A DNA stretch of 24,769 nucleotides from Verrucomicrobiaceae bacterium (GCA_044340175.1 JBIIUD010000001.1:1-24769); one strand, 5' to 3'. Positions 9,107 to 19,029 are shown, numbered from the stretch's first letter. Made by a program: numbers and translations. The notes: generated by a model from the letters alone, not told the origin.

Positions 9107-10277
9107 GATCAGCCTCCAGAGTGTTCTGATTCGTTGCCGTAAGATCGAGCTGTTTCGGCTCAAAAGCCAACAGAGCAGACGTCACTTTTTCGAGACTGTC
9201 GGTCTTCAAATAAGGATGCAAAGGTAATGTGAGGACCTCTCTTGCCAGGAGCTCTGTTGTAGGAAGCGCTGGACTTTGAGCCGCATAAGCCGCGTAGCCT
9301 GCCTGCCTATGAATGGGCTGTGGATAATGAATGGCTACCGGCACGCCCAACTCAGTCATGTGAGCATGCAACTCATCCCGCTGGTCACTGCGCACCACAA
9401 AGAGATGCCATGCATGCAGACAATGCGGCTTCACCTCAGGCAACCGCACCGGATACCCCGCATGGATTTGGCCACGGTACCAGTCAGCGAGACTTCGGCG
9501 CTTCTCGAGTTGCTGTGGCAGAGTACGTAACTTCACCCGCAAAATGGCGGCTTGAAGCTCGTCCAGGCGGCTATTGACACCCTCATAGTCACTGATGTAC
9601 CGCCCAACCCAGCCGTATTGACGCAGAATGTGAATGCGCTCCGCGAGCTCTTTGTCAGAGGTCACCACAGCTCCCCCATCACCCACCGCTCCCAAGTTTT
9701 TCGTGGGGTAAAAACTGAAGGCTGCGGCCCGCGCAATCGATCCCACTTTCCGCCCTTGATACTCGGCACCATGTCCCTGCGCGCAATCCTCCAAGAGCGT
9801 GATGCCATGCCGAGCACAGATCTTTTGAAGGGCCTCCATGTCACATGGGTGACCATAAAGATGCACCGCGAGCACCGCACGCACATTGGCACCGTGATCC
9901 GAGCTGAGCAGCCCTTCCAAAGCGGCTGGACAGAGGGTCTGAGTCACCGGTTCGACATCGACAAAGATGGGCTCCGCTCCTGCACGAACAATGGCCGCGG
10001 CACTGGCGACGGCCGTATGCGAAGGCACCACTACCCGATGCCCTTGTCCTATCTCCAAGGCCCGCAGCATCAGCTCGATGGCATCGGTTCCATTTGCCAC
10101 GCCGATCGCGTGATCCACACCCACGAATGCGGCGAATTCTTCCTCAAAAGCGGCGACTTCCTGGCCCAAGATGTAAACGCCCCTCCGCAGCACTCCATTC
10201 ACAGCCTCATCAAGCTCTGTCTGATGAGCCAAATAGTCGTCGAGGGGAAAAGCGGTGATTCGGTTCATGTTATTCAC
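9099..10277 (-). CDS. DegT/DnrJ/EryC1/StrS PLP-dependent sugar aminotransferase (FdtB/QdtB-like by context)
   Basis: AVHLYG, EDCAQGHGA, FSFYPTKNLGAVGDGG (PLP Lys) and NSRLDELQAAIL. The GTG start shares GTGA with the upstream stop; an alternative ATG is at 10268. Confidence 0.94.
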   Translation of the reverse strand: MNNMNRITAFPLDDYLAHQTELDEAVNGVLRRGVYILGQEVAAFEEEFAAFVGVDHAIGVANGTDAIELMLRALEIGQGHRVVVPSHTAVASAAAIVRAGAEPIFVDVEPVTQTLCPAALEGLLSSDHGANVRAVLAVHLYGHPCDMEALQKICARHGITLLEDCAQGHGAEYQGRKVGSIARAAAFSFYPTKNLGAVGDGGAVVTSDKELAERIHILRQYGWVGRYISDYEGVNSRLDELQAAILRVKLRTLPQQLEKRRSLADWYRGQIHAGYPVRLPEVKPHCLHAWHLFVVRSDQRDELHAHMTELGVPVAIHYPQPIHRQAGYAAYAAQSPALPTTELLAREVLTLPLHPYLKTDSLEKVTSALLAFEPKQLDLTATNQNTLEADHV

Positions 10278-12157
10278 GGGGGGGTGGCAACGTCTAGCTT
10301 GGGTAAGATCACGGACTTGGTCCCAGACAGCGGTGTTACAAGACCCTTCAACGGATCAAACGCGTAGGCACGGATCATCACTTCACCATTAGGCAGTTCA
10401 CGCCGCTTGAGACCCAATGGCGCAGCTACCATGAAAGTTCTCTCCTCTCCACTCAACGGCTCATAGACCCATCCAATGCGGTCCTCGTGCACGCGCGCCC
10501 CCTCCTTCTCCGCTTTGTTGTGCATGACCGTAAAGCGCGAAGCTATACCCAACCATTTTTCCTCACCCCCGGGAGTTTGATAAGAAAGCGCTACTGCTTT
10601 AACCGGACCAAGCGTTTGCGCATTGAAAGCCCAGCCGATCACTCGCACCCCTCCTTTGACTGCCTCCGCTCCGGTCAATTGTCCCTTAACGCCTTCCTTT
10701 GAAGCTTGTGGAACATCGCTCACATTTTCTGAAGCGATCGTTTTGACATGCAACAAACCCTCCAATTCCAACCTATCGAGCAATCCGACGTTTTGGTGTG
10801 TGTTCCACGGCCGCGTCGCCGCTAAAAAGACAGGTTCAGGCGCTACTTTTCGAAGCGCTACGGCCGCCTCCATAGAGTAACCGTGACGCTTCATACGCTC
10901 AACATCCATCCACCCCTGTGCTGTTCCAAACGCGGCGCCAATTCCCATTAGAACTAGAGACAGGATGGTGACACGCCGCCAACGGCGGCCTTGTGTTAGC
11001 GTTAACAAGCCGAAAAGCCCGAGGAAAAACCACCCCGTGAAGGCAGGGTAGCGTGAGTGGAAAGGACCATGTCCTCCTTCTCCCATCCGCGCCAGGGTGA
11101 CGGCCATGGTATTGCCCAGGCCGAGCAAGACAAGCATGATCCATGGGGCCACTTCGTTTTCGCTGAGGCTTGAACGCCTGCGCCAGAGATGCAGCAGGCT
11201 AGCTGCCAAAACCGCTAATGCGGCGACTGTCACGCCTACCGAAACCCAATCTTGGACAGCCACACGTTCCGAACGCGCCGCCGTGACATAGATATCTGAT
11301 AGAGGTGCTCCCAGAACTTTGGCAAAAAATGAGGCGGCAGTGAGAGGTTCATTGATCAGAGTGGTGAACAACCCTGAATCGCCGATCCCTTTAGACTTAG
11401 GCCACCCCTTCGCATAGACCCACCCCGCATAGACAGAACTGGCCAGCCAAGTCATGACAGCCACGATACCGGCTCGAGGCCATTTTTTCTGAGCCACTTT
11501 CCAAAGTAAGAGAGCGCCTCCTAAAACGACCGCCAACCACCCATTCGCAAAAGAAAAGACGGCGATCCAGGATAGCAGAATCGCAAACATCACTCTAATA
11601 CTGAATAACCCGTTTTGGTTCAGCACCCAAAGCATAAGCAGCGTTGCAGCCACTGGCATCATGTAGCATAGCTGAATGCCCCATGACCAATTCATCCACT
11701 GCGCAGGCGACAACATCAGAAAAACTCCAAGCAGGCCTGCCACCACTTCCGCATAACTGAACTTTTGGCGCTTTGTCCACCAATCCACTGTGACCGCCAC
11801 AGCGACTCCGCCGAGCCCCACACACAGCAGAGACTCAAGCACTGGATTCCAGCTCCACTGCTTGATCACTAGTGCATGAACCCATTGCACCGCGTCATGT
11901 CGGCTGTCATTGCCAACGGACCTTAAAAAACTCCAAAAACCCTCACCATCAATCCACTTGAAGTAGGGTTGAATCACCAACCCCCAGTCATCCATCCTCG
12001 GCACATAGCACGTCGCCGTCACAGCGATGACCACTGGTGGAATCAAGCCTACCAATAGGCCTAGCCAGAGCAGCCAAGGTTTTGCACGTTGCTTGTTGTT
12101 TTCGCTTATTATCTCTTCCAAGTCTTGAGTTTCTACGCAAGAACCAAGGAGCTGCAA
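10274..12157 (-). CDS. Polytopic membrane protein, probable GT-C-type transferase with a C-terminal extracytoplasmic beta domain
   Basis: About 10 or more hydrophobic segments; PRMDDW acidic pair after TM1; LSPAQWMNWSWGIQ, SFANG and HSRY motifs; soluble tail of about 190 aa. The start is non-ATG and uncertain. Confidence 0.7.
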   Translation of the reverse strand: MQLLGSCVETQDLEEIISENNKQRAKPWLLWLGLLVGLIPPVVIAVTATCYVPRMDDWGLVIQPYFKWIDGEGFWSFLRSVGNDSRHDAVQWVHALVIKQWSWNPVLESLLCVGLGGVAVAVTVDWWTKRQKFSYAEVVAGLLGVFLMLSPAQWMNWSWGIQLCYMMPVAATLLMLWVLNQNGLFSIRVMFAILLSWIAVFSFANGWLAVVLGGALLLWKVAQKKWPRAGIVAVMTWLASSVYAGWVYAKGWPKSKGIGDSGLFTTLINEPLTAASFFAKVLGAPLSDIYVTAARSERVAVQDWVSVGVTVAALAVLAASLLHLWRRRSSLSENEVAPWIMLVLLGLGNTMAVTLARMGEGGHGPFHSRYPAFTGWFFLGLFGLLTLTQGRRWRRVTILSLVLMGIGAAFGTAQGWMDVERMKRHGYSMEAAVALRKVAPEPVFLAATRPWNTHQNVGLLDRLELEGLLHVKTIASENVSDVPQASKEGVKGQLTGAEAVKGGVRVIGWAFNAQTLGPVKAVALSYQTPGGEEKWLGIASRFTVMHNKAEKEGARVHEDRIGWVYEPLSGEERTFMVAAPLGLKRRELPNGEVMIRAYAFDPLKGLVTPLSGTKSVILPKLDVATPP

Positions 12158-12204
12158 GCCTTTTTATCGATTCGCCAGGCGTCGCCCCAGCACGTCAAGC
12201 GCAC

Positions 12205-14097
12205 TCACTTCGATTGTGCCCGGTAAATCCAGTAATGGTTCTCAGATTCAATCCCGTCAAAGCGTGCCACCTCAGCGAACCGTGCGGTGTCTTCAATCAT
12301 CGGGAAGCCCGTCGGCAGCATTGATCGATTGAAATGATAATGCCCGAGCACCAGATACACAGGCGTTCCCTCTGTCTTTGCATTCGCAAGGGCCTGCTGG
12401 ATCTGAGCCGCGTCATCCACGGGTAGCAATCTCGGGACGAACACCGCCAACGCCTCGCGCCCATGGCCATAGCCCAGCACCTTTGCCTTTTCACCGCCAT
12501 GAATTTCCAACCATGTCGCCACATCACGAATGGGTTCAATCGGATTTGTCAAAAGCACCTCAGATCCGCGCACGGCGGTCATCAACAGTGCTATCCACAC
12601 CCCTGCCTGAACCCCTTTCATCCAACGTGTTTTTAAACCCCACCCTAATGCCAAGCCGATAACCACCACCGGCACCAGCGCAATGGCAAAGCGACTGTAG
12701 TAGTAGGTGCCGACAACCCAGGTGGAAAACGCAAAAGCCATGCCCGAAAACAGCAGCCCGGCGATCAACCACGGAGTGGAAGTGTCCCTTCGGCAGGCCT
12801 GCACAACATTCCACAGCAGCAAGGTCACCGTAAGCGCGATCAAGACAATGCCACTCATGGGTGACCCCCAGAGCGTCTCCAACTGCGGTAATCCAACCCC
12901 TAAGTCAGTGCCTGCGGTGGGTTCCCGCCAGCGCACTCCGGTCAGCACACGCGAGACTGTGTCCTTGAGAATGACCGCATCCAGAGTGTGCCCCTGTCCT
13001 TCCTGCCCGGCCCAATGGCGAGCCTGCAAGACACAAGGCAAAAACAGTTGGATGAAGAGTAGCCCGGAACAAAGATGCGCCACGATCAATCGCAGGCTTA
13101 CGGCGGCTCGATCAGAAGCATTGCTCTGAGATTTAACCAACAAGACGCCAAGAAACAAGGTCATCACCGCCACATCCAGGAGACCATGCGGAAAGGCCCA
13201 AAGCCAGAGGCACTGATTGATGGCCAACCAAATCCAGCCCACCTCGTCCCTTCCCGCCAAACGCAGTAATCGAGTGCAGGCCAGCAAGGAAGATAACACC
13301 AGTGGCATCACCAAAGCGTAGCCCCGTGCATCCACACCGTAGCGGATCGCCATGGGATGCACCGCTAGCAGCAGCGCTCCCGCCAGTGCCGCCACCGGTC
13401 CAGCACCCCAGGAAAGCAGAAGCCAGCCCGTCAGCAGGATTGCTCCCGCTGAGAGCGCCAAGGCAGGCAAGCGCGCCACCAAATCACTGAACTCATGCCT
13501 TGGCGCACCTGTCAGCCACCGCCACAGATCAAGACTCGTCTTTTGCAGCAGAGACAGGGGCACATGGTTGGTCGGCTTCTGATAATAGAAGGCGCAACGT
13601 TTCCATGACGTCGGACTGAACTTGAGTGCCTCAGGGTCCTCCGCTTTTTCATCCGCTTTCCAACTCCCATGCACGCATTGACGGATCGACCATAACTCAT
13701 CCCACCACAAACTCTTGGATGCCAGTGGAACACGCAGAGCTGTGCCGAGCACCACGATTCCTAGCAGACCCACAATCACTCCTTTGCTTAACTTAGCCCT
13801 GGTCCGCACTGCGCCCGAGGCGGGTTCCGCTTTCCATGGTCGCAACCACCAGCGCGCTGTCAGCATCAGGATCAACAGCAGCACGGAATTGAGGGCCGCC
13901 GCTGCTTGGATGCCAACATTCACATCCAGCTCCCAAGGTATGGTGGCATCGGCATTCGAAGCCATGAGCGTCTGGATCTTGGCCCAAGCATCCCGAGCTG
14001 AAGGCCCCCGCAGCACTATGGCTAGAGAGGCAAGCCAGGCCAAAGCTAGCAGTGCCTGTATCCGCCGCACCGACGACTGAAAGATTGCGGCGATCAT
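12205..14097 (-). CDS. GT-C fold membrane glycosyltransferase (PMT/GT39/ArnT-like), paralog of 5066-7144
   Basis: SLWWDE, RLP and HPMAIRYGVDARGY motifs. The ATG at 14097 lies 1 nt after the corA stop; the track start is 14130. Confidence 0.85.
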   Translation of the reverse strand: MIAAIFQSSVRRIQALLALAWLASLAIVLRGPSARDAWAKIQTLMASNADATIPWELDVNVGIQAAAALNSVLLLILMLTARWWLRPWKAEPASGAVRTRAKLSKGVIVGLLGIVVLGTALRVPLASKSLWWDELWSIRQCVHGSWKADEKAEDPEALKFSPTSWKRCAFYYQKPTNHVPLSLLQKTSLDLWRWLTGAPRHEFSDLVARLPALALSAGAILLTGWLLLSWGAGPVAALAGALLLAVHPMAIRYGVDARGYALVMPLVLSSLLACTRLLRLAGRDEVGWIWLAINQCLWLWAFPHGLLDVAVMTLFLGVLLVKSQSNASDRAAVSLRLIVAHLCSGLLFIQLFLPCVLQARHWAGQEGQGHTLDAVILKDTVSRVLTGVRWREPTAGTDLGVGLPQLETLWGSPMSGIVLIALTVTLLLWNVVQACRRDTSTPWLIAGLLFSGMAFAFSTWVVGTYYYSRFAIALVPVVVIGLALGWGLKTRWMKGVQAGVWIALLMTAVRGSEVLLTNPIEPIRDVATWLEIHGGEKAKVLGYGHGREALAVFVPRLLPVDDAAQIQQALANAKTEGTPVYLVLGHYHFNRSMLPTGFPMIEDTARFAEVARFDGIESENHYWIYRAQSK

Positions 14098-14098
14098 T

Positions 14099-15076
14099 TT
14101 ACAGCAGTTTTTTGCGCTTAAAGTACACAATCGGAGCCGCTGCGGAGAGCACTAACAAACCTAACACAATGGGATAGGCCATCGGATGACGCAGCTCCGG
14201 CATGTGCTCAAAGTTCATCCCGTAAATGCTAGCGATCAATGTCGGCGGCAGAAAGAGCACGCTCGCGATGGTGAAAATTTTGATGATCTGGTTCTGTTGG
14301 ATGTTGATCAGCCCTAGCGTGGACTCCAGCAGGAAGGTCATCTCTTGTTGTTGCTGGTTGGTGTAGTCATCCAGGGATTTCACGTCGCGCATCACGCTCC
14401 GGAATTGCCCAGCCAAAGCACCACGCATCCACGTCGCTGCATTGTTGAGGAAATACTGCAGCATCCGGTTGATGCTCACGAGACTTTCCCGCAGGTTCGC
14501 CACCAGCGCACTGCGCCGCCCCAGTAACCGCACCACCTCACCCAGGTCTTTTTCGGTGGCCGCATTCGCCCGACCGGTATCGAGCGCGAAGACTTCCCGC
14601 CCGATCTTCTTCAGATCAGCCTCCACCGTTTGCAATGCATCGGCGATCCTTGCCACGATCAACTCCATCATCAGCAGAAACACCGCGTCACTCGAGATCG
14701 GCGTCGCGCACTGTCGCCTGACCTGATCGGCGAACACTCGAAAAGCATGGGGATCCGCATAACGCACAGTCGTGAGACAATCGGGTGCCACAACGAAAGT
14801 GATCGCTGTCGTATCAGGATCTGACGTCTCCAGGCCCACCGGAATCCACGCCGTCATGTAGAGCGCGTCTTTCTCGCTGTAGAGTCGGCTGGACTCCTCG
14901 ATCTCCTGCATCTCCTCACGCGTCGGCAGTTGGTACTCCAGCCATTTTTCCGCTTCCAACTCCTCAGGGCGTGAGGGATTCAGCAGGTCCAGGTAAACGA
15001 GATTGTCCGGAAAGGGGAGAGACTTCTCGTCCTGCCAGTCAATGAGAGTGCCTTGTTGAGTGATGAGTCGAACCAT
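14099..15076 (-). CDS. corA: Magnesium/cobalt transporter CorA
   Basis: 325 aa, large soluble domain, two C-terminal TM helices and the signature PPTLIASIYGMNF..MPEL. Confidence 0.96.
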   Translation of the reverse strand: MVRLITQQGTLIDWQDEKSLPFPDNLVYLDLLNPSRPEELEAEKWLEYQLPTREEMQEIEESSRLYSEKDALYMTAWIPVGLETSDPDTTAITFVVAPDCLTTVRYADPHAFRVFADQVRRQCATPISSDAVFLLMMELIVARIADALQTVEADLKKIGREVFALDTGRANAATEKDLGEVVRLLGRRSALVANLRESLVSINRMLQYFLNNAATWMRGALAGQFRSVMRDVKSLDDYTNQQQQEMTFLLESTLGLINIQQNQIIKIFTIASVLFLPPTLIASIYGMNFEHMPELRHPMAYPIVLGLLVLSAAAPIVYFKRKKLL

Positions 15077-15198
15077 GCGTGCAAAGAAGGGGGAGGGTGG
15101 GAATCTAGTGCCGCACCAGACTCACCGCCACGGAAAAGGCAGCGAGAAAAGCCTGGGATCTGGACATACAAATATCTGATTGCAGCGGGCTTAGCAAA

Positions 15199-15227
15199 TT
15201 GAATAAAGCCACCAAACTCACTATAAT
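15199..15227 (+). promoter_or_regulatory. Sigma70-type promoter
   Basis: TTGAAT (15199-15204), 17-nt spacer, TATAAT (15222-15227), about 60 nt upstream of the ATG at 15290. Confidence 0.6.
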
Positions 15228-15289
15228 TAAGGTTCTGGACGTTATGGAGAACAGCACCAGAAAGTGTGGATATAGAAATCTGCACGACC

Positions 15290-16156
15290 ATGAAGAATTC
15301 CTTTTTGTTCCTGGCTCTCCTCGTTTCAGCAGGTGCTGTTGCCAACGCCGCCACCCCCAGCCGAGTGTCTGAATTTACGACTCTGACAGGTCGCACCTAC
15401 CGTCAGTGCCGTATCAGTCAGGTGCATCCCGATGGGGTTTCTTTTTTCCACTCCAAGGGCGCTGCCAAGGTGCTCTACGCGGACATGTCTGACGACTGGA
15501 AAAAGAAACTGGGCCACAGCGTCGAGCGTGAGCAGGAGCATCAAAAGCAGGCCTCCATGAAAAAGTTCCTGCAACAGGAAAACGAGGCCAAAGCTCGGCA
15601 GCAATGGGCCGCCAATCAGCAGGAGCAGGCAGAAAGGCAACTGCGCATTCTGGAGCGCGCCGCCCTGTTCAGGGAGCGCCAAGGTCTGATTTACCAGCAG
15701 CAGCTTGCCGCTCTGTATGGTGCCCAGGTACCCGCCTTCGGTCCCGCCCCTGCTGTGGGCTGGCCTGGCACTTACTTTGGACCGTTGAATGCTGTGCATG
15801 GCCCCAGTTTTGGGGGACGCCCCTGGTGTGATCGAGGCAGTATCAGCCTCGCCTCCATCGGTGGGGGAAGCGGAGGGTACCTCAGCATCCGGAGCAACAA
15901 CTGTGTCTGGATCGGTGGCGGTCATGCCTGGAGAAACCCCGCGGTATGGCAGAGCCCCACCCTTGGTTCCTACATTCCCGGGAAGTTTGCGCCGTTTGGT
16001 TCGGCCGGACCCTTTGGCGGCGTTTACTTGGGCGGTGCACGCGCCCTTGGACAGGTCGGTCTTGGCAGTGTCGCTTGGGGGTTCGTGCCGCCTGCACCCG
16101 CCGCCGCTGCCGTCCCAAGCTTCCGAGGCAGTGTGTCCATTCCCGCTGCCAAATAG
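15290..16156 (+). CDS. Secreted hypothetical protein: signal peptide, small beta-rich domain, coiled coil, Gly/Pro/aromatic-rich tail
   Basis: MKNSFLFLALLVSAGAVANA Sec-type signal at the ATG at 15290, E/Q/K/R-rich helical middle, and an upstream promoter match. Confidence 0.8.
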   Translation: MKNSFLFLALLVSAGAVANAATPSRVSEFTTLTGRTYRQCRISQVHPDGVSFFHSKGAAKVLYADMSDDWKKKLGHSVEREQEHQKQASMKKFLQQENEAKARQQWAANQQEQAERQLRILERAALFRERQGLIYQQQLAALYGAQVPAFGPAPAVGWPGTYFGPLNAVHGPSFGGRPWCDRGSISLASIGGGSGGYLSIRSNNCVWIGGGHAWRNPAVWQSPTLGSYIPGKFAPFGSAGPFGGVYLGGARALGQVGLGSVAWGFVPPAPAAAAVPSFRGSVSIPAAK

Positions 16157-16246
16157 TACCGCACCGGCGCTCGCGACTCAAAGATGCAGTCGCAGATTTG
16201 TCATCGGTATTGACAGATCAGGCCCGCGTGTCTGTTATCTGCAGGG

Positions 16247-17521
16247 ATGATAAAGCGCCTGCTCCTGCTCCTCCCTGTCTCCTTCAGCCTCATGACTCCC
16301 GATTCTGCCCCTGCTCGCGAAGGTGTGAACGAAGACGAGGCCCATGTCGGTAGCTACACGTTGCCAGACCCATTGCACCCTGCCGGCAGTCAGCCCATCC
16401 CATCTCAGGCCGATTGGGAAGCCAGAGGTCGTGCCGCCACCCAGGCTTTGTTCGAGCAGCATGTCTATGGCAAAACGCCCAGCGGACCTTGGAAACTGGT
16501 GACGGAAACCCTCAGCATCAAAAAGGACGCGCTCGGTGGCAAGGCCACGCGGTATCTGATTCAGATTCGTCTGGCCGATGTGCCTGCCTGGCCGGGCATG
16601 CAAATGATGGTTTACAGCCCGAACGCTGCCAACCGCCCTGTGCCAGCTTTTCTCTGCCTCAGCTTCGGCGGCAATCACGCTGCCTCTGCTGAGTCGGATG
16701 TCCCGCTCTCCGACCGCTGGCAGCGCTCGTCGAAAGACAAAGGCGTCGTGGACAATCGCGCAACCGAAGCTGCCCGCGGCACCGAGAGCGGACGCTTCCC
16801 CTTTGAACTTGCCATCAGCCGCGGCTACGCCATCGCCACCGCCTATTGTGGCGACATCGAGCCCGATCATGCGGAAGGCTGGAAAGACGGGGTACGGGGT
16901 GCCTTAGGCGTTAAAGGCACACCGGGTGAGTGGGGCTGCATCGGCGCTTGGGCCTGGGGCCTGTCCCGCATGTTGGACGCCTTGGAAACCGTGCCGACCA
17001 TCGATACCACACGCTGCGCCACCGTTGGGCACTCGCGTCTTGGCAAGGCCTCGCTGTGGGCTGGCGCTCAGGATACCCGCTTTGCCATGGTCATCTCCAA
17101 CAACTCCGGTGAAGGAGGTGCTGCTCTCAAGTACCGTCACTTTGGGGAAACGCCGGCCATTATCACCCAAGCCTTCCCGCACTGGTTCACCGCCACCTAC
17201 ACCAGCTACGGCGCCGATCCGAAAACCTGCCCGGTGGATCAGCACCAGCTCATCGCCCTCGTCGCCCCGCGTCCCGCCTACGTCGCCAGCGCCACAGAAG
17301 ATCTTTGGGCAGATCCGAAAGGCGAATTCCTGGCCGCCAAAAACGCCGAGCCGGTCTATGCGCTGTTTGGCAAGCCAGGACTCACCGTGGAGGCTCAGCC
17401 CGCTGCCGACACCCCTGTCGGCGACCACATCGGTTACCACCTCCGCACGGGTAAGCACGACATCGACGCCTACGACTGGACGCAGTACTTCAACTTCGCA
17501 GATCGCCACTACGCCAAGTGA
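16247..17521 (+). CDS. Carbohydrate esterase family 15 (4-O-methyl-glucuronoyl methylesterase-like), secreted
   Basis: Signal peptide; GAWAWG, GHSRLGK (catalytic Ser), SGEGGA, FPHWF, DQHQLIALVAPRP, EDLWADP and GKHD..YDW motifs. Confidence 0.92.
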   Translation: MIKRLLLLLPVSFSLMTPDSAPAREGVNEDEAHVGSYTLPDPLHPAGSQPIPSQADWEARGRAATQALFEQHVYGKTPSGPWKLVTETLSIKKDALGGKATRYLIQIRLADVPAWPGMQMMVYSPNAANRPVPAFLCLSFGGNHAASAESDVPLSDRWQRSSKDKGVVDNRATEAARGTESGRFPFELAISRGYAIATAYCGDIEPDHAEGWKDGVRGALGVKGTPGEWGCIGAWAWGLSRMLDALETVPTIDTTRCATVGHSRLGKASLWAGAQDTRFAMVISNNSGEGGAALKYRHFGETPAIITQAFPHWFTATYTSYGADPKTCPVDQHQLIALVAPRPAYVASATEDLWADPKGEFLAAKNAEPVYALFGKPGLTVEAQPAADTPVGDHIGYHLRTGKHDIDAYDWTQYFNFADRHYAK

Positions 17522-17525
17522 CCAA

Positions 17526-17583
17526 CCCCGAGGGGCGAGCCGCTGGCTCGCCCGAGTGCGACCGAGCCGGTCGCACCACGGGC
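17526..17583. repeat. REP-like inverted doublet of two 9-bp hairpins between convergent genes
   Basis: GGGCGAGCC-gct-GGCTCGCCC (17533-17553) and GTGCGACCG-agc-CGGTCGCAC (17556-17576). No U-tract, so not a canonical intrinsic terminator. Confidence 0.6.
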
Positions 17584-17601
17584 CAAAGCCTAGCTATCCT
17601 A

Positions 17602-19029
<1,428 letters not shown>

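Noticed and set aside
16173-16240. Two short hairpins and a perfect TTGACA upstream of CE15
   Set aside because: The stems are weak with no U-tract, and there is no good -10 at 16-18 nt spacing.
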